A stretch of 64,000 nt of DNA from Octopus sinensis (lineage: Eukaryota): contig NC_043011.1 in the NCBI RefSeq assembly GCF_006345805.1, positions 49,612,464-49,676,463 on the forward strand, in the 5' to 3' direction. The notes below the pieces were generated by a model. The model had not been told where the DNA came from. It ran no database searches and saw only the letters and a program-made list of their open reading frames with translations. The position numbers were made by a program, and so were the translations under genes. Positions 1 to 12,951 of the stretch are shown here, one piece after another (the first letter of the stretch is position 1; each line of letters starts with the position of its first letter).

Positions 1-430
1 GTGGGTGGCGACAGTGGTAATGGTATTCATGGTGGTACTGTTAATGGTGTTGCTGATGGTAGTGGTGGTGTTGTAGATAGTGGTGGTGGTTGTAGTGGTG
101 GTCATGGTGGTGGTGGTGGTTGTAGTGGTGGTCATGGTGGTGGTGGTGGTTGTAGTGGTGGTCATGGTGGTGGTGTTGTAGAAGGTGGTGGTGGTGTTGT
201 AGATAGTGGTGGTGGTTGTAGTGGTGGTGACAGTGGTGGTCATGGTGGTGGTGTTGTAGAAGGTGGTAGTGGTGATTTTGGTGGTGCTGACAGTAGTGTT
301 GATGACAGTGGTGTTGGTGGTGGTCATGGTGTTGCTGGTGGTGGTGATGGTGGTGGTGACGGTAGAGGTGGTGTTGTAGGTACAGTGTTGTAGGTGGTGG
401 TGGTGGTGGTGTTAGGAATGTTGGTCGTTA
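1..430. repeat. (GGT)n-derived low-complexity tract with 30-bp sub-repeats
   Basis: GGT-dominated sequence; tgtagtggtggtcatggtggtggtggtggt repeated about 3 times at 91-180; runs off the window start. Confidence 0.85.
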
Positions 431-510
431 TGTCCATGGTGATGATGGTGATCACGAAGATGACGCCATTAGTAGTGATGTTGGCGTTCCTGGTTAATCC
501 CTGGTGGTAG

Positions 511-888
511 CCATTTGACTGCAGCCATGCTGGAGCACCACCTTGAAGGGTTTTACTCAAACAAATCAACCCCAGAACTCATTTCTTGACCCTACTACTT
601 GTTCTATCAGACTCTTTTGCCGAACTGCTAAATTACAGGGATGTAAACACACCAACACTGGTTGTCAAATGGTGATGAGGGGAGAAACACAGACACAAAG
701 ACACACACACATATGTACATGCATATATATACACAATGGGCTTCTTTCAGTTTCCGACAACCAAATCCACTCACAAGGCTTTTGCTTGGCCCAAGGCTGT
801 AGTAGAAGACACTTGCCCAAGGTGCCATGCAGTGGGACTGAACCCAGAACCATGTGGTTGGGAAGCAAGCTTCTTACCAAACAGCTAC
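511..888 (-). mobile_element. SINE family A copy (tRNA-like head, internal (CA)/(TA) microsatellite, gactgaaacaagtaaaagag tail)
   Basis: Reverse complement matches the ~400-bp repeat seen at 3755-4160 and 10503-10911. Confidence 0.85.
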
Positions 889-1034
889 GCCAAAGATGGT
901 AATTGTCGCTTAGTCGTGATTTAGTGAACCCCTAATCAAAGACACTCCAACCATGTCTCTTCCATCTTCATTTCAGGCATAATGTACTCCAGGAAGACAT
1001 TATACAACACATGCCCTTTTTCAAAAGAGCCGTC

Positions 1035-1620
1035 AATGGGCTGTGGCTTGAGGGAGATTTGACTGCTGCTTCCAAAGACGTTACGCATGCTACTCTCATG
1101 GTTAAACTCCACTGTAGTGGTGGTAAGCAGGGCTGGCCCTGATGTTAGTAGTGGCGGCAGAGAAGGAGGAGGCGCATGGCGGTGGTGGAGGGGTCGTGGT
1201 GATGGAGGAGACAATGGGCTGTGGATTGAGGGAGATTTGACTGCTGTTTCCATGGGCTGTGGCTTGAGGGAGATTTGACTGCTGTTTCCAATGGGCTGTG
1301 GCTTGAGGGAGATTTGACTGCTGTTTCCAATGGGCTGTGGCTTGGGGGAGATTTGACTGCTGTTTCCAATAGGCTGTGGCTTGGGGGAGATTTAACTGCT
1401 GTTTCCAATGGGCTGTGGCTTGAGGGAGATTTGACTGCTGTTTCCAAAGACTTCACGCATGCTCCTCTCATGGTTAAACTCCACTGTAGTGGTGGTTTCC
1501 GTAATGCTAAGCAGGGCTGGCCCTGATGCTAGAAGTGGAGGCAGAGAGTGGAGGAGGCGCATAGCGGCGGTGGCGGAGGGGACGTGGTGATGGAGGAGAT
1601 ATGTAACGGTGAGGGTGGTG
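1035..1620. repeat. 39-bp minisatellite (6 units at 1213-1445, plus 1 at 1035) nested in a ~180-bp imperfect direct duplication
   Basis: Unit aatgggctgtggcttgagggagatttgactgctgtttcc; the block aaagac...gatggaggag recurs at ~1074-1212 and ~1446-1600. Confidence 0.9.
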
Positions 1621-1849
1621 GAGGAGACATGTAACGGTGGCGCTGCCGGTGGGGTTGGCAGGGGGGGTGGTTCGTTGGAGGAAACAAATAAAGAAAGACA
1701 AAAGACTGAAAAGAGAGACAGCTAGGGTGAGGATGTTATATTGTTTATCACCACCACCATCACAACCTAACGGAAAATGTGTCATATCATGAACTACTAA
1801 GGAATTAAAAGTAAAAGGAAGTAGATATAGTTCTAGTGCATAAACTTGA

Positions 1850-1936
1850 TATGTACACACACACACAAACACACACACATACATGTATATATACACCCAA
1901 ACAGACACACACACACACCTGTTTGTGTATTGTGTA

Positions 1937-1986
<50 letters not shown>

Positions 1987-2006
1987 TATACATATATATA
2001 CACACA

Positions 2007-2039
<33 letters not shown>

Positions 2040-2842
2040 TCACATATATATATACATATACACACACACATATATATATACATATACACACAACACATAT
2101 ATATATATATATATATTACATATACACATATATATATATACACACATATATACATATACACACATATATAACATATACACACATATATACAATACACACA
2201 TATATACATATACCAACATATATACATATACACTATATATATATATATATATACACACATATATACATATACACATATATATTACATTACACATATATAT
2301 TACATATACACATATATACAATATACACATAAATATTACATATACACATATATATATATACATATACACATAAATATATATACATATAAACACATATAAT
2401 ATATACATATACACATATACATACATTTACACATATATATACATTTACACATATATATACATTACACATATATATATATACATTTACACATATATATATA
2501 CACATTTACACATATATATATACATATACACCATATATATATTACATAACACCACATATATATATATTATATATACACATATATATATACATATACACAT
2601 ATATCTATATATACATATACACATATATATATATATTACATATACACTATATATATATATACATATACAATATATATATATATACACATATATACTATAT
2701 ATATATACATATACACATATATATATATATATATACATATACACATATATATATATATATACATATACACATATATATATATATATACATATACACATAT
2801 ATATATACATATACACATATATATACATATATATGTATATAT

Positions 2843-2895
<53 letters not shown>

Positions 2896-3052
2896 TGCAC
2901 ATAAACAGAGATCATATTTGTGTGCATATACGTCGATGACTAATGACTTTTCCTCCTTAGACAATTATTCTCAGTCAGCCGTCTTTGATGTAATATATCT
3001 CCGCAAGATATTCTATCTCCTACGAACCTACTCACCCATCTCTCCATCCCTA

Positions 3053-3086
<34 letters not shown>

Positions 3087-3189
3087 CATATATACCTATA
3101 TATATAATATAATATATACATATATATATACAATATTATATATATATATACTATATATATATATACATATATACATATATATTATATAC

Positions 3190-3222
<33 letters not shown>

Positions 3223-3231
3223 CATATATAC

Positions 3232-3262
<31 letters not shown>

Positions 3263-3415
3263 CATATTATATATTACATATATATATATATACATATAAT
3301 ATATATACATATATACAATATACATATATATATATATATATATAATACATATATATATATATATAATAGATAGATAGATAAGATAGATAGATAGACAGAT
3401 AGATAGATAGAAAGA
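1850..3415. repeat. Compound (TA)n/(CA)n/(GATA)n microsatellite tract
   Basis: Nearly pure alternating TA/CA dinucleotides with a short unique interruption at ~2900-3050. Confidence 0.95.
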
Positions 3416-3754
3416 TGTATTCTGTTCTTTGTTTCAGTTATTTGACTGCAGCCATACTGGAGCACCACCTGAAAGGTCTTTTTAGCCGAAGAAATCGATC
3501 CCCCAGCACTTACTGTTTGTAAGGCTAGTACTTCTTATTCTATAGGTCTCATTTGCGAAACTGCTAAGTTATAGGGACATAAACACACCGACATCGGTTG
3601 CCAGGTGATAGTAGGGGCAAACACAAACACACGCTCACAAATATATATATATATATAAAATACACACACATACATGTATATATATATATATATAAAATAT
3701 ATACACACACGCACATACACACACACACATACACACACACACATATATATGTGA

Positions 3755-4160
3755 CAGGAGTGGCTGTGTGGTAAGTAGCTTGTCTACCAACCACATGGTT
3801 CCGGGTTCAGTCCCACTGCGTGGCACCTTGGGCAAGTGTCTTCTACTATAGCCTCGGGCCGACCAAAGCCTTGTGAGTGGATTTGGTAGGCAGAAACTGA
3901 AAGAAGCCCGTCGTATATATATATATATATATATACGTGTGTGTGTGTTTGTGTGTCTGTGTTTGTCCCCCTAGCATTGCTTGACAACCAATGCTGGTGT
4001 GTTTATGTCCCCCGTTACTTAGCGGTTCGGCAAAAGAGCCCAATAGAATAAGTACTGGGCTTACAAAAGAATAAGTCCTGGGGTCGAGTTGCTCGATTAA
4101 AGGCGGTGCTTCCAGCATGGCCGCAGTCAAATGACTGAAACAAGTAAAAGAGTAAAAGAG
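3755..4160 (+). mobile_element. SINE family A, near full length
   Basis: Head ggagtggctgtgtggtaag with B-box-like gggttcagtccc, CORE-like gtggcaccttgggcaagtg, internal (TA)n(GT)n, tail ...tgactgaaacaagtaaaagagtaaaagag. Confidence 0.9.
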
Positions 4161-4249
4161 TATCATCAAAATGTTGAAGCTATGGGATAATGCATGATTG
4201 ATTCAAAATGATGTAGATAGAAAAGCATTATATTCGACAGAGTAAAAGC

Positions 4250-4462
4250 AGTGAGCTGGCAGAATCATTAGCACGCCAGGCGAAATGCTTAGTGGCATGT
4301 CATCCGTAGTTACATTCTGAGATCAAATCCCACCAGGGTCAACTTTGCCTTTTATCCTTCCAGGGTCGATAAAATAAATACCAGCCAAGCACTGGAGTCA
4401 ATGTAATCAACTAGTTCCCTTCCCATAAAATTTCGGGCATTGTGCCCATAATATAAAGGATT
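4250..4462 (+). mobile_element. SINE family B, tail type 1 (...aaatttcaggccttgtgcc...aaaggatt)
   Basis: Head gagctggcagaatcattagcacgcc, B-box-like gagatcaaatccc, central gcctttcatcc...gtcgataaaataa.taccag block resembling the Meta-SINE domain (assignment from memory). Confidence 0.8.
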
Positions 4463-4544
4463 ACATCCGAGAGAGTAATCATCATCATCATCATCATTCT
4501 TTTCCAGCCTGATACTTATTCTGTTGATCTCTCTTTGTCAACCC

Positions 4545-4735
4545 ATCATCATCATCGTTTAATGTCCGCTTTCCATGCTAGAATGGGTTGGACGGTTTGA
4601 CTGAGGACTGGCAAACCAGATGGCTGCACCAGGCTCCAATCTTGATCTGGCAGAGTTTCTACAGCTGGATGCCCTTCCTAATGCCAACCACTCCGAGAGT
4701 GTAGTGGATGCTTTTACGTGCCACGAGGGCCAGTC
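4545..4735 (-). mobile_element. SINE/LINE-tail family D (aggaagggcatccagctgtag motif, (GAT)n tail)
   Basis: The same ~180-bp sequence occurs at 24347-24503 (+), 26151-26331 (-) and 26783-26940 (-). Confidence 0.8.
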
Positions 4736-5889
4736 TGGCGGTCTAAATGCTAATGGGTTAAGAGGAGAAAACAAAAAGAAAACAAGAAAAACAACAACCT
4801 CACAATAGATATTCACAGCTGCTCTCTCGCTCCTTGGCCCAGCCTAGAATTAGTAATGTCTCTACAGCTGATATCTTTCCTCAGACTAACCATGTTACAG
4901 AATGCACCAGATGTACCTTGTTTCTTGGCACCAGCATCGCAGAGGTTATCTTACCTCCAGTGAAACTAAATAGTTTACTTAACCCTACATTGTCTGTCTG
5001 TCTGTCCATCCGTCTATCAGTCTGTCTGTTTATCTCTCTCTCATTCTTGTTCTCTCCACACACTGTATAATAGTTATAAAAAACCTCAGTTCATTAGTGA
5101 ATCTAGGCTATTTAAACTAACTAGTGAGTTAGTGTGGTAGTAATTATATCAGGTCAACGACAGCCGGGCTGTACAATGGAAGGTTTATTACATATGTATG
5201 TATGTATGTGCATGCATGTGTGTATATAACTTATACATATATGAGTGTGTGTGTGTGTATACACACACATGCACAGATAGATAGATAGATAGATAGATAT
5301 ACACATAACAGACTGAAAAATACACACAAGCAAACAGACATACCTACATTAATATATACGTGTGTGTGTGTGTGTGCGCGCGTGCGTGCGTGCGTGCATG
5401 TGTGTGTGTGTGTGCGCGTGTGTGTGTGTGAGTGTGTGTGTGTGCATGCGGGCGTGTGTGTGTGTGTGTGTGTTTTTGTATTTATCACTTCAGCTTCTGA
5501 AGGGCTTCATGAAGAATAAGAATAATGAAGTGACTGACTATAATACTACCCACCATACTCACACACACATAAAGATTACTCATCACTTACAGATACAGCT
5601 TCGCGCATACACACACACACACCACATTGTGTCACATTTACACACATAATGATTTATATACACTGAGAATATGTTGTTGGGTTACCATGAAACTATTATA
5701 AGTTGAAGATATTTGTTTAAACATGATATACTGTACAAACATATGTGCACCAGTGTGTGTGTGTGTGTGTGTGTGAGTGAATAAATATATTTAAATAGCA
5801 AATGAATTTAATCTGATTATGCTAATAACTCTTGATTCTTGTAAAGAGCAGGTCATGCAAATATGACACTTATACAAATAGCTGAGGTC

Positions 5890-5926
<37 letters not shown>

Positions 5927-6329
5927 TGTGTGTGTGTGTGTGGTGTTTGTAATAAGAAGTGTTTTTTTTTCCCCGACGACATGGCACCAACCCAAGGCTA
6001 TAGTAGAAGACACTTGCCCAAGGTGCCACAGTGTCGCACCTCGGGTGAGTGTCTTTTGCTATAGCCTCAGACTGACCAAAGCCTTATAAGGCAATCTGGT
6101 GGATGGATGCTGAAAGAAACCGGCTGCAAGAGTGAGTGTGTGTGTTGTGTGTGTGTGTGTGTGCTTATCATTCCCCTACCATTGCTTCACAACTGGTGTT
6201 GGTGTGTTTATGTCCCTGTAACTTAGTGGGTTGACAAAAAGAGATCGACAGAATAAGTATCCGGCTGGAAAAGAAAGTAATGGGGAAGATCACTCAACTA
6301 ATACTCCCCAAGGCAGTTTAGAAAAACAG

Positions 6330-6453
6330 AAGGACCTCTGCAACAATGAGTATTTGAATCTGAGAGGGGAATATGTTCAATAAAATCATAATTAACTGAT
6401 CCTCCTGTATTTGCTTTTGCCCAAAAGCCAGGAACTTTTCAGCACCCCCTTGT
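6330..6453. mobile_element. Mariner-like terminal fragment
   Basis: Ends ccaggaacttttcagcaccccct-tgta, resembling a mariner TIR; a second degenerate copy lies at ~6990-7072. Confidence 0.5.
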
Positions 6454-6457
6454 ACAA

Positions 6458-6490
<33 letters not shown>

Positions 6491-6709
6491 ACAACACAAA
6501 CCCAGAAGCATAGCAGAAGACAATTGCTCCAAGTGCCACCTAACAGGATTGAACTAGAAAGTAAGTGGTTGTAAAGTGCACCTCTCTTGTTTGAAAGTTA
6601 TCTCGAAAGGCCTGGTTGGGGGCCCAATATTCCGAATTCTTTTACAGGGCAAAGACAACTGAAGGACCAAGCAAACAAGTGTGTGAATCTGCAAGAGCAA
6701 TATCCTTAA

Positions 6710-6928
6710 CCCTTTAGCGTTCAGATTATTCTATCAAACATAATGCTAATTGATTCACATTGATTTGAATTAATCATGCATTATCTCCTATCTTCAAGAT
6801 TTTGATGGTGTAATTACTTAATGTAGAATAACATTGTAGGGTAGGTGTGAGAGCCTGGATCTGGTCAGTTTGAACATAAAACAGATTAAATATGTTGGCC
6901 GGATATGGCCGGTTTAAAAACTAAAGGG
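6710..6928 (+). mobile_element. piggyBac-type MITE (219 bp)
   Basis: TTAA|CCCTTTAG...CTAAAGGG|TTAA: perfect 8-bp TIRs and a TTAA target duplication. Confidence 0.85.
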
Positions 6929-7141
6929 TTAAATCCTTAAAAATGTTTTAGCCCGAAGGCCGCGGCCATGCTGGGGCACCACCGCTGAATATATTGAATA
7001 AAATCATAATTAACTGATCCTCTTGTACTTTTTTTTTTACCCAAAACCACAAGCTTTCCAACACATCCTTGTATATGATCTTCTCAGCCTGCCAATCTTT
7101 GTACGCCCATGCATGGCTTTCCAGAGAAGGAGATTACTCTC

Positions 7142-7539
7142 TTTACTCTTTTACTTGTTTCAGTCATTTGACTGCGGCCATGCTGGAGCACTGCCTTTAG
7201 TCGAGCAAATCAACCCCGGGACTTATTCGTTGTAAGCCCAGTACTTATTCTATCGGTCTCTTTTGCCGAACCGCTAAGTGACGGGGACGTAAACACACCA
7301 GCATCGGTTGTCAAGCAATGCTAGGGGGGACAAACACGGACACACAAACCCACACATACATATATACACATATATACGACAGGCTTCTTTCAGTTTCGGT
7401 CTACCAAATCCATTCACAAGGTTTTGGTGAGCCCGTGGCTATAGTAGAAGACACTTGCCCAAGATGCCACGCAGTGGGACTGAACCCGGAACCATGTGGT
7501 TGGTTAGCAAGCTACTTACCACACAGCCACTCCTGCGCC
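7142..7539 (-). mobile_element. SINE family A, full length
   Basis: Reverse complement of the 3755-4160 consensus. Confidence 0.9.
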
Positions 7540-8186
7540 TACTCTTGCTGGACATTTCATTCATGCTTCTTCAGCCAGCTGTAGTGTTCTTCTTTTTCTG
7601 ATTTTAAGAAGTGATAGTAGGAAGACTGCTGTAGATTCACTGCTTTGTAGGGGGTCGGTGTCAAAAAAATGATCCAAGCATTCTCATGTTCAAACTGAAC
7701 AATACTTGTCAGGTGAGGCATACAAAGGTCACACCCACAGTCCCCACCTACCCCGTCTGATATGACAACACACAGAATTTAACTCTGTGTGTGTGTGTGT
7801 GTGTGACCGATTAAATTCATGTCTCATACAGTTGTGTAAAGTCTGAGTAATGACAAATGAAATAAAAGAAGTGGCGCTGGGAACGGTGGTGGTGGTGGTG
7901 GTGGTGACAGCAGTTGTGGTGGTGTACACATGCTCTAATAATCAAAGGTGAAGGCAAAAGAGACAGGAGGGGTACATACATATCAGTTGGCATGAAGGAA
8001 ATACTAGGTAAAGTGCATAAATGTGTGTGTGTATGTGTGTGTGTGTGTGTGTGTCTGCATACACATACATACATCTATTGACATGCGAATATGTATCTAC
8101 AGACTTCTTCATGAAATACATAGCTCTCTCTCTCTCTAATATATATATATATATTATATACATGCATGTCTGTCTGTATATGTATG

Positions 8187-8219
<33 letters not shown>

Positions 8220-8220
<1 letters not shown>

Positions 8221-8705
8221 TTAATCCAAACAAGAAAGCACAAAAAAACACAACGCGAGGACGTGGAACAAATATAGTATTATTGGACGCTCAGGAAAGA
8301 AGGAGGGTCTAATGTTTCGAGTGGAGCTCTTCTTCGGAAACATAGGAGAAGGAAAGATCCAGAGAAGGGAAGATAGAGGGGAAAAAAAAAAAAAAAATCG
8401 CCAACGGTACACGAGCGGTCACTCGAAAAGCGGAGTAGACAAAACAGGGACAACTGAAGAAGGGGAATATTCCTTGTGTTGTATGTCTTGTTTCTCTGTT
8501 TTTTCGTTGTTCGGAAAAAAGTTCATTTCCATGTTTTTGTTTTTATGTTTTCGTTTCTCATTGTGTTCAACATTTTTTTGATGTCCTGTACCCATATATG
8601 CATATATATGTAGGTATGTACATATATGTATGTATATATGCATATATTTATATATTATTTATATTATTATATGATCGAACGCCACGCATCCTTTTCCAAG
8701 TAAGT
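8220..8705. mobile_element. Penelope-like terminal-repeat remnant in (TA)n
   Basis: Degenerate hammerhead-like motif on the minus strand (8307-8341) and CTGAAGA at 8457; gatgtcctgtac and tcgaacgccacgca are shared with 41350-41660; TA-microsatellite flanks. Confidence 0.55.
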
Positions 8706-8821
8706 TTTATATATATATACACATATACACACACCCATGTATGAATTTGCACATAAACATCTATGTCAACAAAGCTCACTTTGTGTGTAATTAGAGCTGC
8801 TCATACATCCTTATGTGTGTG

Positions 8822-8855
<34 letters not shown>

Positions 8856-9451
8856 AACACACACAAATACAAAGATATATATATGTATATATATATATAC
8901 ATATATGTATATACCTATACATACATATATACACATATAAATAAATACATACATACACACACATCTCCAAAATATATGTGTGAGTAGGCGAGTCTCAAGG
9001 ATGAGTTTTCAAGGGTGATGGTGATGGTGAGTGAATAATATGTGGATGGGTAGCTGATATGGTGGTTATGGCAGTAGTAGTAGTAGTAGTAAAGAAATAC
9101 AAATTGTTAAAATATTTTGTTGCTGGGCAACAGAGTAAGATTAGGGGTGGGTGTTATTAATGTCCCAGATAACAAACCTGACACATCAATTAAGAAGACA
9201 ACAACATCATCATTATCATCAATAACCAGTACAGACTATCTTTATCTTTTACTTTATTCAGCCATTCAAACCGTGGCCATGCTGGGACAGTGCTTTGAAG
9301 GGGTTTTAGTTGAAAGAATCAATCCCAGTACATATTTTTTTTTTAAATTTGTTCTATCAGCAACTTTTGCAGAACCGAAAAGTGGTGGAGATGTAAACAA
9401 ACCAACAGTGTTTGTCAAGCGGGGGGTGGGGGGAACAAACATGGGATGCAC

Positions 9452-9483
<32 letters not shown>

Positions 9484-9711
9484 GATGGGATTGCTTTCAG
9501 TTTCCATTTCCCAAATCCACGCACAAGGCTTTGGTCAGCCTGAGGCTACGGTAAAGGACACTCATCCAAGGTACTGTGCAGTGGGACAGAACATGGAACT
9601 ACGAGGTTGGGAAACAAAACTTCTCCCTGCACAGCCCTGTCTAAGCTTATGAAGCCATGCCTGCACCTATATACACAATGTACATCTCTAAACAAATACT
9701 TTTTTTTTATT

Positions 9712-10107
9712 TTTATTCATTTGTTTCAGTCATTTGACTGTGGCCATGCTGGAGCACCACCTTTAGTCGAGGAAATCGACCCCAGGACTTATTCTTTGTA
9801 AGCCTAGTACTTATTCTTTCAGTCTCTTCGCCGAACTGCTAAGTTGCGGGGACGTAAACACACCAGCATCGGTTGTCAAGCGATGTTGGGGGAGGGGGGC
9901 AAACACAACACACAAACATACACATATATATATATACATATATACGACGGGCTTCTTTTAGTTTCCGTCTACCAAATCCACTCACAAGGCTTTGGTCAGC
10001 CCGAGGCTATAGCAGAAGACACTTGCCCAAGGTGCCACGCAGTGGGACTGAACCCGGAACCATGTGGTTTGTAAGCAAGCTACTTACCACACATCCATTC
10101 CTACGCC
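9712..10107 (-). mobile_element. SINE family A, full length
   Basis: Reverse complement of the consensus; a degenerate copy lies just upstream at ~9245-9640. Confidence 0.9.
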
Positions 10108-10502
10108 TGAACTTTGTTCACAATCTTCGCAAGGATATTACCGAAAGAAAAGAAAATCCGGGGTATGAGATTGCCCCGGGTTAAAACAATGATACTTCAA
10201 GAAAGGAGATGCTGAAAAGCTGATAGTTGTAGTGGAGTGGTGGGCAGTTCTGGTACTATATCCGCTCACACTAACTTCCTGCACCTCACTACCTCATGAA
10301 AGTCACTGCTAGCTTCCACTGCACATGTAACTGTGTGCTGCCATCTGTTGGCAAGCTACAAAACTAGACCAAGAACTTTTTGATATCACTTCATACATAC
10401 ACACACATACATATTATGTGGTAAGGCTTCAATATGTAGAATAGCACTTGAGTCAGCTAAGAGAGTAAAGATGCTATGACAAAAAAAAATCACAAGATCA
10501 TA

Positions 10503-10667
10503 GGCGCAGGAGTGGCTGTGTGGTAAGTAGCTTGCTAACCAACCACATGGTTCCGGGTTCAGTCCCACTGCATGGCACCTTGGGCAAGTGTCTTCTGCTA
10601 TAGCCCCGGGCCAACCAATGCCTTGTGAGTGGATTTGGTAGACGGAAACTGAAAGAAGCCTGTCGTA

Positions 10668-10716
<49 letters not shown>

Positions 10717-10911
10717 TTGTCCCCCTAGCATTGCTTGACAACCCATGCTGGTGTGTTTACGTCCCCATAACTTAGCGGTTCGGCAAATAGGGACCGATAG
10801 AATAAGTACAAAGAATAAGTCCCGGGGTCGATTTGCTCGACTAAAAGGCGGTGCTCCAGCATGGCCGCAGTCAAATGACTGAAACAAGTAAAAGAGTAAA
10901 GTAAAGAGTAA
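10503..10911 (+). mobile_element. SINE family A, full length
   Basis: Runs from ggcgcaggagtggctgtgtgg to gtaaaagagtaaagtaaagag. Confidence 0.9.
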
Positions 10912-11683
10912 AGTCTTGTTAAATATAGCTACTCAGGCTTTTGTGGCCAAAACAGTATTTTGTATCATCATTTCTGAAGCTGAGAACAAGACTGTTTGTC
11001 AGTTGGCTTTTTAAAACAGATAAGGTTTGAACAAGGAATGCTGATAAAGAAGAGGACAAAAAGAAAAACACAAGGGAGATAACCAATGTTACAATGACCT
11101 AATGTCAAAAAGACGTAAACAAGATATCAATGGTTTATTTATTGTGTGTCTGCTGGCCTATTTTTACATCCTGCAAAGATATATTTCTTAAAATGTTGAC
11201 ATACATACATACATATATTCATATTGGAATGTTGAATATTAATTAAAATTCCACAGTTAAAAATCCTTACACCATGAAGTTTTTGTGTTGTTTCACACTT
11301 AAATTTCTTTGCAAATATTCAGGTATTATATACACTCAGGTGGTGTTGGTGTGTTTACATCCCCGTACCTTAGCAGTTAGCAAAAAGAGACCAGTAGATT
11401 AAGTAAGTGCCAGGCTTTAATGAATAAGTACTGGGATCAATCCATTCAACCCCAAAAAATTCTCCGGGTTGGTGCCTCAGCATGGCAACATCTAACATGG
11501 ATCTTCACGCCTGTCTTAAAAGCAATAGTAGTGTTTACTGGACGGAGGACAACAGCAATAGCTGATCCAACTGCAGACTGAATCTGTACAAAGCTAACTG
11601 GTACAGAAGGTTATGAAAGACATAATACAAACCATAAACTTTTTCATAATACTAGAATTTAAATGTTTCCAATATTCTGATAG

Positions 11684-12005
11684 CGGAGACGCAATGGCCC
11701 AGTGGTTAGGGCAGTGGACTCGCGGTCGGATGATCGCAGTTTTGATTCCCAGACCGCGCGTTGTGTGTGTTTATTGAGCGAAAACACCTGAAAGCTCCAC
11801 GAGGCTCCAGCATGGGGTGGTGGCGACCCGTTGTACTCTTTCGCCCCAACTTTCTCTCACTCTTTCTTCCTGTTTCTTGAGTAACACTGCAATGGACTGG
11901 CATCCCGTCCAGCCGGGGAGGGGGGGGGAATACATAAGCCACAGAAACTGGGAAACCGGGGCCCATGAGCCTAGCTAGGCTTGAAAAGGGCACATAAATA
12001 AATAA
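11684..12005 (+). mobile_element. SINE family C head with a V-SINE-like core and 13-bp TSD
   Basis: tRNA-like head gcaatggcccagtggttagggcag; core gcaatggactggcatcccgtccag; TSD aatattctgatag at 11671-11683 and 12006-12018. Confidence 0.85.
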
Positions 12006-12027
12006 AATATTCTGATAGACATATATA

Positions 12028-12257
12028 TATTTCTTTACTACCCACAAGGGGCTAAACACAGAGGGGACAAACAAGAACAGACAAAGGGATTAAGTCGATT
12101 ACATCGACCCCAGTGCGTAACTGATACTTAATTTATCGACCCCCGAAAGGATGAAAGGCAAAGTCGACCTCGGCAGAATTTGAACTCGGAACGTAGCGAC
12201 AGACGAAATACGGCTACACATTTCGCCCGGCGTGCTGTTTCGCCCAGCTCGCCGCCT
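12028..12257 (-). mobile_element. SINE family B, tail type 2 (Tx1-like)
   Basis: Reverse complement of 13565-13795; tctgatagacatatata is duplicated on both sides. Confidence 0.85.
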
Positions 12258-12584
12258 TTTATATATGTCTGATAGACATATATAAAGTGATGACTCATTA
12301 TAGTAGTTAAAATAATTCAGGAACAGAAATGCTATTTGTTATGCATCAGTTAGCTTGGACAATGGGTATAACTAGGACATAACCTCATTCTGTGGATGAC
12401 TTGTGGTTAGGAGAAGACCTCGTTCTATAGAAAACTTGCTGATTATGTGATAACTGCATTGTATAGAAGACATATGGATTAGAAGATGACTTAATTCTAT
12501 AGAAGACTTCTGGGTTGGGAGTAATCTAATGTTATTCAAGGTATAACAGAAAATATATTTCTGGAAGATATATTTAAAAAATAT

Positions 12585-12951
12585 CAGGTTCGGTCCCACT
12601 GCATGGCATCTTGGGCAGGTGTCTTCTGCTGTGGCCCCCGGGCCGACCAATGCCTTGTGAGTGGATTTGGTGGACGGAAACTGAGAGAAGCCTGTCGTAT
12701 ATATGTATATATGTGTGTGTAGGTGTGTGTGTGTGTGTGAGTTTGTGTGTCTGTGTTTGTCCCCATAGCGTTGCTTGACAACCGATGCTGGTGTGTTTAC
12801 GTCCCCGTCACTTAGCGGTTCGGCAAAACAGACCGATAGAATAAGTACTGGGCTTACAAAGAATAAGTCCCGGGGTCGATTTGCTCGACTAAAGGCGGTG
12901 CTCCAGCATGGCCGCAGTCAAAGGACTGAAACAAGTAAAAGAGTAAAAGAG
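12585..12951 (+). mobile_element. SINE family A, 5'-truncated
   Basis: Matches the consensus from gttcggtcccact to the tail. Confidence 0.85.

Noticed and set aside
1-393. Gly-rich ORF resembling structural proteins
   Set aside because: Explained by (GGT)n low complexity; no non-repetitive domain or clear splice context, though the window edge limits certainty.
1507-3468. Many YI/HT-rich ORFs
   Set aside because: Translations of (TA)n/(CA)n microsatellite.
4945-4990. AG...GTAAG-bounded 30-nt segment as a candidate DBNL exon 2
   Set aside because: The frame continuing from exon 1 hits a stop and there is no ADF-H similarity.
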